From: a virus
IMG/VR virus record: IMGVR_UViG_3300022074_000025
Coordinates: 6,490 to 70,489 of that record
DNA length: 64,000 nucleotides
Reading direction: 5' to 3' (one strand)
Shown here one piece after another: positions 1-10,010 of the stretch; the stretch's first letter is position 1; each line of letters begins with the position of its first letter. Under the pieces are notes generated by a model that ran no database searches, was not told the DNA's origin, and saw only the letters and a list, made by a program, of their open reading frames with translations. The translations under genes were made by a program, and so were the position numbers.

Positions 1-3000
1 AGTAATAGTGTTGTTACCACCAATAGTAACGTTACCACTAAACGCACCAGTTGTTGCTCCTGTAAGAGCACCACTTGTGAATTGTGCTGTACCGTCTGTA
101 ACTATGTTAGCAGTAACCGTTGCGTTTACAGTTACGCCAGTAAATGTAGCCGCGGCTGGTGTTGTTGCACCAATTGTACCATCAACATTACCTGTTACAT
201 TACCAGTTACGTTACCAGTTACATTACCAGTTACGTTACCTGTAACATCACCAGTTAAATCACCAGTTACATCACCTGTTACGTTACCTGTTAAATCACC
301 AGTTACATCACCTGTTACGTTACCTGTTAGGTTACCTGTAACATCACCAGTTACATCACCAGTTAGATCACCTTCAAATCCTGCCGCTACAAAAGTTTCA
401 GAACCTACTGTCCATTTATCAGTTGTTTCGTTCCAGATTAGTGTCTTGTTTGTGTCTGTACCACGTTCGATTTCGATACCACCGTTTTGTGAAGCGGCAC
501 CTGTTTCATCGCTGTTTAGTACAATAATGTTATCACCAATGTTTACTGTATTGGAGTTAACTGTTGTTGTAGTACCATTAACTGTTAAGTCTCCAGTAAC
601 AATAACGTTTCCAGATGCTGTAACTGTTGTTGCAGTAATATCATCTGTTGTTAATGTACCGTCAACTTGAACGTTGTTAAATTGTACGTCATCACCTGTA
701 CCAACTGCTTGTCCAACTGCAAATGTAACTTTGTCTGAAGCCGCTGAAACTGTTGTTGTTACACCAGTACCGCCTTCAAATTCTAGTCCATCTGTTGCAA
801 GGTTAATTGAATCAGATCCACTATCGCCAGTAATATCTAGGGTTGCACCTAGTGTTACGGATGAAGCAGATGTAAGTCTACCCTGTTGGTCAACTGTAAT
901 AACAGATGCCTGTGTAGCACTACCATATGTGCCTGGTGTTACTGCTGTGTTATCAAGTGTTAGTGTCGCTGTATCCGAAGTTACTGCTGAAGTAATACCT
1001 GTACCACCTGCAATAGTTAGTGTATCTGTACCAATATCAATTGTGTCAGAACCACTATCACCTGCTACTGTCATTTGTGTAGTTGGCGAGGTTGTTGTAA
1101 CTGCTGTTACAAGACCTTTTGAGTTAACAGTTACGACTGGAATCGCTGTACCACTACCATAAGCACCTGCTGTAACACCACTGTTTGCTAGTGTTGCTGT
1201 TGCACTTACGTTACCAGAACCGTTAACACTTGTTAGTGTTGCTGTAACATCACCTGTTAAGGATAGGTCACGTGCAGTCTGCCATGCTGTTGCAGTTGTT
1301 GAGTTACCTGTTACATCACCTGTAACATCACCAGTTAGATCACCAGTCACATCACCTGTTACATCACCTGTTACGTTACCAGTTAAGTTACCAGTTACGT
1401 TACCTGTAATAGTAGATGAAGCATTAAGTGTAGTTACACTTGCCGCCGCTGGAGTTCCACCACCGAGAATACCATCAACATTACCTGTTACATTACCAGT
1501 TAAGTTACCAGTTACGTTACCAGTTACGTTACCTGTTAGTGCTGAAGTAACACCACCAAATGTAACTGCGTCTGTTGTACCAACTGCCTGACCAATTGCT
1601 ATTGTGACTAGGTCATTAGTTGCATCAATAGATGTTGTAACACCTGTTCCACCTGTAAAGTCAATTGTATCAGAGGATGTGTCGATTGCGTCGGAACCAC
1701 TATCAGCTTGGATGTTTAATGAAACACCTGGAGTTGCTGTGGTTACGTTTGTAATACGACCATAACCGTCGATTGTTAGTACTGGTACTGCTGTTGAGCT
1801 ACCTACTGAACCTGATACACCACTAATTGTGCTTAGGTCTACAGTTGCCGCTCCACCTTCTGCTGTACCGTTTGTTACAACAATGTTGGTATTACCAGCA
1901 TCTGCAATAGATTGTACATAGTTACCTGTTGTGTCTGTACCTAGTGCTACGCTATCAGCGCCAACTGTTAGAGCAACGTTAGAAACGTTTGCACTACCGT
2001 CAAAGCTGAATGAACCAGTTACGTCACCGCCACCGAAAGTTACTGTACGAGCTGTTGCTAATGCACTTGCTGTGTCAGCGTTACCTGTTACATCACCAGT
2101 TACATCACCAGTTACATTACCGGTTAAATCACCAGTTACATCACCAGTTACATCACCTGTAACATCACCAGTTACGTTACCTGTAACATTACCTGTTACA
2201 TCACCTGTTACTGCACCAGTAAATGTTGCATCTGAACCATTTGTTCCAGATTCAAGAACTTTACTTGTACCGTTGTTTGCGTAAATGTCACCAGTTAAAT
2301 CACCAGTAAACATAGCCGCACTAACTGCCGCCATGTTAAGGTCTGCCGCTACCCATGCAGAACCATCATATACTTCTGCTGACCAACGATCATTTGTTTC
2401 ATCCCATACGAATCTAGCATTCTCGCTAGTTCCACGTTCAATTTCAATACCAGCGTTCTCTGTAGGAGCGCCAGTTACATCATTGTTTAGTACAATAATG
2501 TTGTCGCCAAGCTCAATAGTGTTTGAGTTGACTGTTGTAGTTGTGCCGGAAACTGTTAAGTTACCGCCAATAGTTACGTTACCTGTTGTATCAACTGTAG
2601 TAGCAGTAATTGCCGCCGCTGAGTTTGCACCAATGATAGTGCCGTCAATAGCACCGCCATTAACGTCAACTGTTGCAAATGTTGATGTGCCAGCTGATGT
2701 GATATTACCTGTAACATCACCAGTTAAGTCACCAGTAGCCATACCTGTAGAAGCATTAATAGTAAAGTTGTTATTAATGTTCAGGTCTAAACTTAATCCT
2801 ACAGATGTAAAGTTGGCCGCGGCTGGTGTAGTTCCACCAATCGTACCATCAACGTTACCTGTTACATTACCTGTTACGTTACCTGTGACATTACCAGTCA
2901 AATCACCAGTTACATCACCAGTTACATCACCAGTTAAATCTGATGTTACACCAGCAAACGTTACTGTGTCTGTTGTTGCCACTGCTTGCCCAATACTGAA

Positions 3001-3309
3001 CGCACCGCTACTAACTGTAACACCTGTTCCACCTGAAGCGTATGAATCAAACGCACTATTATGACGTGCAGTTGTAAAATACAAATTCGACGAACCTTCG
3101 GACATATTGTCAGATGTGCCCGATCCTAGGAGGTCCGTTAGTGTAATCTTAGCGAGGCTAGATCCACTATCGTCGAAAATAATCAGTTGGTCAGCTGTTA
3201 AATCAGCACCAGATACGGCAGTTTGAGAACTAATTGAAGTTGCCGCTAACTTTACGTTGGTAACCGCTGAGTTAGCAATAGCAGGGGTTTTAATTTGTCT
3301 AAAAGCCAT
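1..3309 (-). CDS. Long tail-fibre/virion structural protein with (V/L)TG(D/N) tetrapeptide arrays; partial, runs off the left edge
   Basis: Not in the ORF track because it has no stop in the window. ATG at 3309 (MAFRQIKTPAIANSAV...) with SD GGAGA at 3317-3321. The same frame reads sensibly at position 1. It is Gly/Thr-rich, with a duplicated LTVxGTTTTVNS...GDNIIVLN...GIEIERGT domain typical of phage fibre proteins. Confidence 0.85.
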   Translation of the reverse strand, partial: MAFRQIKTPAIANSAVTNVKLAATSISSQTAVSGADLTADQLIIFDDSGSSLAKITLTDLLGSGTSDNMSEGSSNLYFTTARHNSAFDSYASGGTGVTVSSGAFSIGQAVATTDTVTFAGVTSDLTGDVTGDVTGDLTGNVTGNVTGNVTGNVDGTIGGTTPAAANFTSVGLSLDLNINNNFTINASTGMATGDLTGDVTGNITSAGTSTFATVDVNGGAIDGTIIGANSAAAITATTVDTTGNVTIGGNLTVSGTTTTVNSNTIELGDNIIVLNNDVTGAPTENAGIEIERGTSENARFVWDETNDRWSAEVYDGSAWVAADLNMAAVSAAMFTGDLTGDIYANNGTSKVLESGTNGSDATFTGAVTGDVTGNVTGNVTGDVTGDVTGDVTGDLTGNVTGDVTGDVTGNADTASALATARTVTFGGGDVTGSFSFDGSANVSNVALTVGADSVALGTDTTGNYVQSIADAGNTNIVVTNGTAEGGAATVDLSTISGVSGSVGSSTAVPVLTIDGYGRITNVTTATPGVSLNIQADSGSDAIDTSSDTIDFTGGTGVTTSIDATNDLVTIAIGQAVGTTDAVTFGGVTSALTGNVTGNVTGNLTGNVTGNVDGILGGGTPAAASVTTLNASSTITGNVTGNLTGNVTGDVTGDVTGDLTGDVTGDVTGNSTTATAWQTARDLSLTGDVTATLTSVNGSGNVSATATLANSGVTAGAYGSGTAIPVVTVNSKGLVTAVTTTSPTTQMTVAGDSGSDTIDIGTDTLTIAGGTGITSAVTSDTATLTLDNTAVTPGTYGSATQASVITVDQQGRLTSASSVTLGATLDITGDSGSDSINLATDGLEFEGGTGVTTTVSAASDKVTFAVGQAVGTGDDVQFNNVQVDGTLTTDDITATTVTASGNVIVTGDLTVNGTTTTVNSNTVNIGDNIIVLNSDETGAASQNGGIEIERGTDTNKTLIWNETTDKWTVGSETFVAAGFEGDLTGDVTGDVTGNLTGNVTGDVTGDLTGNVTGDVTGDLTGDVTGNVTGNVTGNVTGNVTGNVDGTIGATTPAAATFTGVTVNATVTANIVTDGTAQFTSGALTGATTGAFSGNVTIGGNNTIT
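186..370 (-). repeat. 12-bp coding tandem repeat (gttacatcacca-like) encoding VTGD/VTGN; further arrays near 1300-1410, 1480-1540, 2080-2220 and 2855-2940
   Basis: Directly visible degenerate 12-mers in frame with the 1..3309 ORF. Confidence 0.85.
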
Positions 3310-3321
3310 TTTTTGATCTCC

Positions 3322-3364
3322 AAATCAAATATCGATATTTGATTTCCTATATTGAATAGGAAAT
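3322..3364 (-). promoter_or_regulatory. Overlapping inverted repeats in the 5' leader of the fibre gene
   Basis: Perfect 24-bp palindrome AAATCAAATATCGATATTTGATTT (3322-3345) overlaps ATTTCCTAT-N5-ATAGGAAAT (3342-3364) and abuts the SD sequence. Confidence 0.6.
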
Positions 3365-3394
3365 TGCCCAAGGAATCATACCTCGAGCTAAACG

Positions 3395-3402
3395 TATTTA
3401 TA
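3395..3402 (-). promoter_or_regulatory. T4-type late promoter TATAAATA
   Basis: Exact gp55 consensus on the minus strand, upstream of the fibre gene. Confidence 0.75.
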
Positions 3403-3430
3403 GGTTAATTTGGGGAGTTAAGTACTTTTA

Positions 3431-4729
3431 TTATACTGGAAAATAACGTATATCAATGCTATGTCCTGCGTTTGGTGCCGTAGGAAATTGTAACGTTGTA
3501 CCTGTTATTGAATATTGATTAGGACGTTTTACTACACCATTTACAATTACAAGAACGCTACTAGTATTGTGTCCTGAATCAATAGTATAGTCTGTAGTAC
3601 TACCATCTCCGGTATACAATGCACTTGTGTAAGTTAAATTGAGTGCCTGATTTGTAATACTTCCTGCTAATGGAGAAACTGCTGTTGCGTGAGCAGATCT
3701 ATGTTTAACGTATAATTCTGAACCAGTATCCATAGCACCATTTGTGCTAATTACAGCACCACTTAATGTAAAGTTTTCGCCAACGCCTGGACGCTGAATA
3801 ACACCATCTACATAAACATCGATTGATTCAACATCAGCAGGTGTTGTAGAAAGTGTAAAGTTTATAGTTGTACCATCACCAGTAAAAATCTCATGACCTG
3901 GAATAGTTCCAGTTATTAAACTATCTTCAAAAGTAAAATTACCATTACCATCAGTTGTTAATACTTGTTGATTTGTGCCATCTGTTATTCCTAAATCTGT
4001 AAGATCACTAGGAATATTTGCTGTACTAAATGTAATTCTATTATTTGCTACATCTGCTGTTACTTGTATTGAGCCATCTGCAACAACTTCTAATGTATCA
4101 CCACCACTTGCTGTAAGCGTATCTGGTGTTGGATCTGTTGGGCTTGTATATACATCAACAACATTAAACACATTTGTTTGGGCACCAATTGTACCTACAC
4201 CAAACGAACCCGTATAAACTGCACCAGTAATGTAAACACTTTTGCCAGTAAAATTAACACCGTTAGGTAAATTATCACCAATAAAATGCAATACACCGGA
4301 CTGGTAATCAAAGAACCATTCGTCATTGTTACCAGAACCGGTAGTAAAGACTTTATTAGAAATACTAATGGCGCCTGCAGGATCACCACTAGTATGAATG
4401 TAGACGCTAACCAGATACGTACTACCAAATTCTGGTGGAATCCAGTCTGTTGTGTCTGTTTTCCATGTACGATTTGCTGAGGCTGTTACGTCATTGGTAC
4501 ATTCAACTGGATTACTACTTCCATACACTGTAACTTCACTTGTACTAGTACCTGGCAATGTAGCAGGAATACTTCCGGCCTGTTGCCAAACTTTGTCACC
4601 TCTTAATAGTAGCGGACTTGCTATAGCTTCGTTAGCGGCAAGTTTATTAGCGTTGGTGTCAGTCTTAGAAACACCAAAGCCAACTTTCTTAAACAAGTAA
4701 TCAAGTTTTTGATTATCGGAAATAGCCAT
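3431..4729 (-). CDS. Virion structural protein, 432 aa
   Basis: Two (F/Y)TGDGxTxx(F/Y)x(L/I)...VxVxGV beta-rich repeats and a DGTNQQVLTTDGNGNFTF linker common in phage structural proteins; lies in the structural operon. Confidence 0.7.
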   Translation of the reverse strand: MAISDNQKLDYLFKKVGFGVSKTDTNANKLAANEAIASPLLLRGDKVWQQAGSIPATLPGTSTSEVTVYGSSNPVECTNDVTASANRTWKTDTTDWIPPEFGSTYLVSVYIHTSGDPAGAISISNKVFTTGSGNNDEWFFDYQSGVLHFIGDNLPNGVNFTGKSVYITGAVYTGSFGVGTIGAQTNVFNVVDVYTSPTDPTPDTLTASGGDTLEVVADGSIQVTADVANNRITFSTANIPSDLTDLGITDGTNQQVLTTDGNGNFTFEDSLITGTIPGHEIFTGDGTTINFTLSTTPADVESIDVYVDGVIQRPGVGENFTLSGAVISTNGAMDTGSELYVKHRSAHATAVSPLAGSITNQALNLTYTSALYTGDGSTTDYTIDSGHNTSSVLVIVNGVVKRPNQYSITGTTLQFPTAPNAGHSIDIRYFPV

Positions 4730-7700
4730 TAGCTTGCTTCTCCGATGCTTATACTATTAATTGAGTCTCCGCTATCAAGAGCTACTCTTACTAATACAAC
4801 ATTACCTGTAGCATTGGACATGTTTTCACTACCAAGTGTCATTGTGTATGTACTGTTGATACTTTGACCAAACGGTACCACGTCTGCACCTGTGCTTGCA
4901 CACCCATCACTTCCATTTCCTCCACTTCCAGTGTTACTGCCCGGAACGCCTGCACCTGCATATTGAGTACCAGTGTCCAACCAACCATTTAGGCCACTTG
5001 CACTATCAATACCTGTTCCTGGTGAAGCAATCCACATACCTGCAATACCTGTTGAAGAGTTAATAGCAATGTCGAAGTTTGCAACAACTTGTCTACGAAA
5101 CGCAAAGGTAAAATACTGTGTTCCAGTATCTCCGGATCTGTCTGGACCTGCAGGTAAGAAACCACTTGATAGGTTCGTTGTAAAGTGTTGTAAGAGACCC
5201 CACCTTATAGTTGCTTCCCTAGTTCCGCTTACCGAAACTGCGCCTGTAAATGTGTTGTTAGTATAGAAGTTAGTACTTCCAGTGAATGATGGTGTATCAG
5301 TTGTTTCACTTAAGAAATCTGCAATACGTACTCCGTCGTCAGTGAAGTTGCCGTTTCCTAACGAATTCGCTACGGGTATTGCTGTTTCAGATACACCGCT
5401 AGGACTTGCTGTGTGTACTTGTACTTTTGTTCCTGCAATTTCTTGATAAGAACTTGTACCTACTACGTTGCTAATCCTAAACTTTAAAGTCTCAACAGTA
5501 GAAACTGAGCTACCTGTAAGACTTAAACTTATATCTCCTAGTGCATATGGGCTACTGACATCCTTACCTGTATTGGCATTTGGTATGCCTCCTGTAAGGA
5601 ATGGTGTAGTACCTTCTATATCTGAATAACTTTTATTTTGTGTATTCACAGCAGATTGTGATCTGCCTTCTGAGTTTGTACCACTTGCAATCTCGAATAT
5701 GCTAGTTGAATTTCTGTATGCCTGGCCGATCCAATTATAGACTTCAGCACCACCTATTGTTAAAGTAGGACTGCCTGAATTATAATATGGAATACCAGAA
5801 ATATATCTATATGTTCCTGCGTTGTTTTCTGTAAGAGTTGCACCAGTTAAATCTAATGTTGGTGAAGTTGTTATATCATCTCTTACAATGGTTACATAGT
5901 TTGTGTTACCAGTTGTTGAATGTTCTATACGAGCATCATTAACACCAACAGGTAAACCTGATAGTGTTTTTGCAATTCTGGAATCAAACGTTTGATAAAA
6001 ACCTGTTGGATATGTTGAACTGCTAACTGTATCGTTTGCATCTCTCTGATCGCTTACTACCAATGCATTATTTGTTCCATTTTCATTTAATGCTGTAGTA
6101 AATGATTGTGAGCCATCTGTTGTACCATTAATATTAACACTTACAGTTCCTGATGTACCATCATAAGCATTTCCTGCTGTGGTACTATCAATAGTGCCTG
6201 TATTTGCATAGCGTCTAACTGTACTTTGATTTAAATTTGCGCCTGCTGATACTGGATTTGTTGCACTATTATCGGTAAATCCATGTGCAAGATAAGGTGA
6301 GCTACCTTCAGCACTATCACTTAGTTGGATAGTTTTTGAACTTAATCCTGATGGAGCACTTGGTACAGCGTTTACTTGAAATACAAGACTATCTGTATCT
6401 GTCTGTGCAGTAATGTCTGGAGTACCATTTGCTGTAAAATTAAGTGTATAATTGCCAGGAGTTACTCCTGTAAAATCATGTGTTATTATTTGGTTAATAG
6501 TACCTGGACTTGTTCCATCTTCTGTTACTGTATCATTTGTACTACCGTCATTCCAATTATACACATAGTCGTCTGCATTTTGTGTGCTATTAGTAACTTG
6601 TACTAAAGCATGATTTACACCATCATATGTTGTACCATCATATACATCAAACTGATTATCGCCTGATCTATCACTTACTCTAGTTGCTGTGCCTGAAATT
6701 GAGGCACGTACATCTGGCTCCAAATGCACTGTAAAGTTTGTTGTAGTAAACGGGCTATTTGCATGATCTGTTATAAGTTGTAAATTACCTGTATAGTCTC
6801 TTGGTGTACCATTTGCTTGTTCACTATTTGTAAGTTGATATCTATGTGTAATTGTACGTCCATGATCTCCGTTTGAATTTGAGCCTGCGTTTACGTATTG
6901 TGTATCGCCATCTCCAAACGTATACAGATATCTATTGCCATATGTTGAATAACTTCCTACTGTATTTTCTGTATTATTTGTAAATGTAACAGTCAATCCA
7001 CTTCCTGACTGTTCGTTAATTCCTGTAGTTAAATTAAGAGCAACTTCTGGGGTGTGGTCATCATAAATTTTATAAACAGCATCATCATCTGTTGGTGTGG
7101 TTCCTGGTGTTGCTGTTGTATGACTATCAAGTGTTAGTGTAACGGTTCTTTGCACTTCTTGTTCTGTGCTAAGAGCAAACGTGTGAGCTAAACGTCCTCC
7201 GCCGACACCGCCTGCTACACTATCAGAGCTAATTACGTCATCAGATGATCCATCGCCCCATTCCCAAGTATATTGGATAGTTGCACCACTTGTATTTGTG
7301 GTTGTATTTTCAAAATAAATTGTATCGCCATCGTCCCATTGAGTAATTGGCGAACCTCCTGTTGGTGCGGAATAAGCCGCAAAACTAACAACAGGTGTTG
7401 CTGTAAAGATTGTAACAAAGGCAGTTTTTTCTTCGCTTGCTGTACTACCTGTACCAGCACCTGAATTATTAAAAGCCTCAACATTTACTGTAAATGGAGA
7501 GCCAGTGTTACTTGAATATGTATGTGTTGGAGTGCTATCTGATGTTGCTGTATCGGTTGTGCCATCGCCCCAGTCAATTGTATATCTATTTGCGTTACCT
7601 ACAGCAGAAATATTTAATGTTACTGCTAAACCAGCACCACCAACAAGTGGTGAACCAGTAAAGTCTACTTCTTTTACAAAAGTATTGTTGCGAATATTTT

Positions 7701-7998
7701 CTATTGTTTCATTAAGATCATCAATGGCATCTGTAATTGTTGTTCCTGTTGTAAAAGTTTGTAGAGCACCATCTGTTGTGAGACTTCCATCTGTTGGAGT
7801 TCCTAAAGTTAAGTTACCACCACTTCCTGATTGAGCATCGACATATGCCTTTGTTGCTAAATCCTGTGCGTCAACAGGGTCTGTTGCATTTTTAACAATT
7901 TTTGCAGACACATCAATGTTATTAGATGAACCTGCATCTAATTTTAAGTCGGCGTCAGCTTTGATTTTGTCTGAGTTGTGGTTGATATTAATTGGCAA
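4729..7998 (-). CDS. Virion structural protein with PKD/Ig-like repeats, 1089 aa
   Basis: Four PKD-like motifs (YTIDWGDG, YTWEWGDG, YLYTFGDG, YVYNWNDG) and an N-terminal DPVDAQDLATKAYVD fibre motif. Confidence 0.75.
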   Translation of the reverse strand: MPININHNSDKIKADADLKLDAGSSNNIDVSAKIVKNATDPVDAQDLATKAYVDAQSGSGGNLTLGTPTDGSLTTDGALQTFTTGTTITDAIDDLNETIENIRNNTFVKEVDFTGSPLVGGAGLAVTLNISAVGNANRYTIDWGDGTTDTATSDSTPTHTYSSNTGSPFTVNVEAFNNSGAGTGSTASEEKTAFVTIFTATPVVSFAAYSAPTGGSPITQWDDGDTIYFENTTTNTSGATIQYTWEWGDGSSDDVISSDSVAGGVGGGRLAHTFALSTEQEVQRTVTLTLDSHTTATPGTTPTDDDAVYKIYDDHTPEVALNLTTGINEQSGSGLTVTFTNNTENTVGSYSTYGNRYLYTFGDGDTQYVNAGSNSNGDHGRTITHRYQLTNSEQANGTPRDYTGNLQLITDHANSPFTTTNFTVHLEPDVRASISGTATRVSDRSGDNQFDVYDGTTYDGVNHALVQVTNSTQNADDYVYNWNDGSTNDTVTEDGTSPGTINQIITHDFTGVTPGNYTLNFTANGTPDITAQTDTDSLVFQVNAVPSAPSGLSSKTIQLSDSAEGSSPYLAHGFTDNSATNPVSAGANLNQSTVRRYANTGTIDSTTAGNAYDGTSGTVSVNINGTTDGSQSFTTALNENGTNNALVVSDQRDANDTVSSSTYPTGFYQTFDSRIAKTLSGLPVGVNDARIEHSTTGNTNYVTIVRDDITTSPTLDLTGATLTENNAGTYRYISGIPYYNSGSPTLTIGGAEVYNWIGQAYRNSTSIFEIASGTNSEGRSQSAVNTQNKSYSDIEGTTPFLTGGIPNANTGKDVSSPYALGDISLSLTGSSVSTVETLKFRISNVVGTSSYQEIAGTKVQVHTASPSGVSETAIPVANSLGNGNFTDDGVRIADFLSETTDTPSFTGSTNFYTNNTFTGAVSVSGTREATIRWGLLQHFTTNLSSGFLPAGPDRSGDTGTQYFTFAFRRQVVANFDIAINSSTGIAGMWIASPGTGIDSASGLNGWLDTGTQYAGAGVPGSNTGSGGNGSDGCASTGADVVPFGQSINSTYTMTLGSENMSNATGNVVLVRVALDSGDSINSISIGEAS

Positions 7999-8041
7999 CT
8001 TTTCACTTCCTTTACAACTTTTTTATAGTCTCTTACTAATG

Positions 8042-8048
8042 TATTTAG
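8042..8048 (-). promoter_or_regulatory. Probable late promoter (CTAAATA)
   Basis: TAAATA core in the intergenic gap upstream of the 1089-aa gene. Confidence 0.5.
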
Positions 8049-8066
8049 TTAAAAATACAGTTTTGA

Positions 8067-8735
8067 CTACAATGTCACTGATGCCCTATTGACAGCAATG
8101 ATTGACCAACCAGCAGTGTCATCTACATATAACAATGTAGCCGTTTCACCCTGAGTGGTAAATGTAATTGAAGCGAATCCGTTAGGAGTAGCTGGTGTTA
8201 CTACTACCGGAGCGCCTGGTGCCGCAGTTGATACAAACATTTTAATTTGACCTGCTGTTCCGTTTGCTAACGTCATTGCGGCAGGTGTGCTTGCGTCAAT
8301 CATATCAACTGATTTAGTTAAACTCGCTGTTGCAGTACTGCTAGTAACAAAAGAATTTAAAAATACTTTGTCTACATGTAATTCATTCCACGAACTAGCT
8401 GGACTACCTAAATCAAATGTGTCTGTTGTTGATGGTAACACATCACTATTAATATTTGCATTAAGTGAAAGACTTCCTCCTGAACTACCAAGTGTAACAA
8501 TATCACCATCTGCAACAAATGTGCCTGCTGTATATAAGTTACCTCCGATTACTGCACCGCCTTGTACATTTAAGGCCGCATCTGCTTCGGAGTGGTTGGC
8601 TGGTAGATTGTTTAAGTCAACATCATCTGCATTGTCAATAGTAAGTTTACCAATATTACTTGATGTAGAGGTTGCTTGTTTAATTGCTCCAAGAACATGC
8701 AATTCTCCTCCATCTGGTTTAATTACTGATGCCAT
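8067..8735 (-). CDS. Virion structural protein (possible head decoration/fibre); start likely ATG 8735
   Basis: GGAG SD before MASVIK; beta-rich GGAVIGGNLY motif; immediately downstream of the major capsid gene. Confidence 0.6.
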   Translation of the reverse strand: MASVIKPDGGELHVLGAIKQATSTSSNIGKLTIDNADDVDLNNLPANHSEADAALNVQGGAVIGGNLYTAGTFVADGDIVTLGSSGGSLSLNANINSDVLPSTTDTFDLGSPASSWNELHVDKVFLNSFVTSSTATASLTKSVDMIDASTPAAMTLANGTAGQIKMFVSTAAPGAPVVVTPATPNGFASITFTTQGETATLLYVDDTAGWSIIAVNRASVTL

Positions 8736-8760
8736 AATAATCTCCAATATATTATAGTAT

Positions 8761-8767
8761 TATTTAT
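8761..8767 (-). promoter_or_regulatory. Probable late promoter (ATAAATA)
   Basis: Lies just after the capsid-gene terminator and would re-initiate transcription of the downstream structural genes. Confidence 0.6.
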
Positions 8768-8782
8768 GCTTAATCAGCTCAT

Positions 8783-8811
8783 AAAAAAAGGGAGGAAAAA
8801 TCCTCCCTTTT
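8783..8811 (-). terminator. Intrinsic terminator after the major capsid gene
   Basis: Minus strand reads GGGAGGA-TTTT-TCCTCCC followed by T7. Confidence 0.9.
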
Positions 8812-8828
8812 CTGTGTAAGAATAATTC

Positions 8829-9992
8829 TTACTGGAAGCTAAGGTTACCGCTGTTAACGCCAATCTTGCTTAGGTAGTCTGCCGCGTTACCAAGGGATGA
8901 AGCTTGGTTTGTTAGCTCTACATAGCCATAACGTGTCATAAATGATACTACTGGCTCAAATGTAGCTGGATCTAGTACTGTTCCAGAAGACATTAGTGGG
9001 ATATATGGGCAGTAGAAAGCGGCCGCATCCATCTCACCATCACCTTTGTATCCAACGATGATGTCTGTGCTATCTGAAGCATACTGGTCAACGAACACAC
9101 GCATTGTACCGTTTAGTGTACCTACGAATTTTGTGTTTGTTGGTGCTTCAAATGGTCCTTCAGTTGTTCTTGCGAACGCTGAAGTTGTAGCACTCTGTAG
9201 TACTGTTAGAATTGTTGGGCTAACAACAGCATAGTTACCTGCGCCACGTCTTGTACGTGAAGCGATTAGGTTTGCTGATCTGTTGATTAGAACTGCTAGA
9301 GCCGCATGTTCGTCACCAACGAATGTTGCTTGACCAGAAACACCAGCCTGGTTATATGTATCAGTTGCTGTACCAGCAAGTGTACGTAGGCTTGTTAGGA
9401 TTTCTTGGTCGATTTCTGCTGTAATCTCTTGGGCTAGTGCTTGCATGATTTCAGCTTCAACGTCTAGTCCGTGCATTGAGTTGGCATCTTGTGCCGCTTC
9501 AAATGTCCAACGTGCAGATAGCTTACGTGTTTTAGCTTCTACAGTTTGCTTTAGGACTTGGATGCTCATCTTACGGCCAGCTTCTGCTTCTAGAGCAGAT
9601 GTTGTAGTTGCTGTGCCTGCTGTGGCATCACCTGAGTAACCTTTTGCAATAGCAAATGGTGATAGTGCTTCATCACCTGCGTTTACGCCGCCAGCTGTTT
9701 GGCTGTAACGTACACGTAGAGTGTGAATCTGGCCTACTGGACCAGTCATTGGCTGAACACCAACAAGTTCGTTTGCGATAACTGTTGGCATCACACGACG
9801 GATTACTGGTAAGATAACTTTATTTAAAGTTGCAATGTTGCCAGCCATTGTAGAACCGCTTGCCGCGGCTTCTTGAAGATACTGTTTTGTATTTTCAAGA
9901 GTTGACTCCATTACTGCTTTTTTGTTGCCTTCCAAACCGTCAGTTAGAGCGTCTTTTGTAACGTTCCAATTTTCAAATAATGCTTGTGACAT
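8829..9992 (-). CDS. gp23: Major capsid protein (T4 gp23 family)
   Basis: PVIRRVMPTVIANELVGVQPMTGPVG, KTRKLSARWTFEAAQD, AFYCPYIPL and TRYG motifs. Confidence 0.97.
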   Translation of the reverse strand: MSQALFENWNVTKDALTDGLEGNKKAVMESTLENTKQYLQEAAASGSTMAGNIATLNKVILPVIRRVMPTVIANELVGVQPMTGPVGQIHTLRVRYSQTAGGVNAGDEALSPFAIAKGYSGDATAGTATTTSALEAEAGRKMSIQVLKQTVEAKTRKLSARWTFEAAQDANSMHGLDVEAEIMQALAQEITAEIDQEILTSLRTLAGTATDTYNQAGVSGQATFVGDEHAALAVLINRSANLIASRTRRGAGNYAVVSPTILTVLQSATTSAFARTTEGPFEAPTNTKFVGTLNGTMRVFVDQYASDSTDIIVGYKGDGEMDAAAFYCPYIPLMSSGTVLDPATFEPVVSFMTRYGYVELTNQASSLGNAADYLSKIGVNSGNLSFQ

Positions 9993-10010
9993 TTTGGTAT
10001 CTCCTGATTA

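Noticed and set aside
186-2940. 12-bp repeats as a possible CRISPR or guide array
   Set aside because: They are contiguous, vary at synonymous positions, have no unique spacers and lie in a coding frame; no cas genes are present.
8-3064. Plus-strand ORFs rich in PVT/SPV repeats (8..670, 674..1162, 1931..2284, 2285..3064)
   Set aside because: They are antisense shadows of the minus-strand fibre gene, which has an SD, a late promoter and recognisable motifs.
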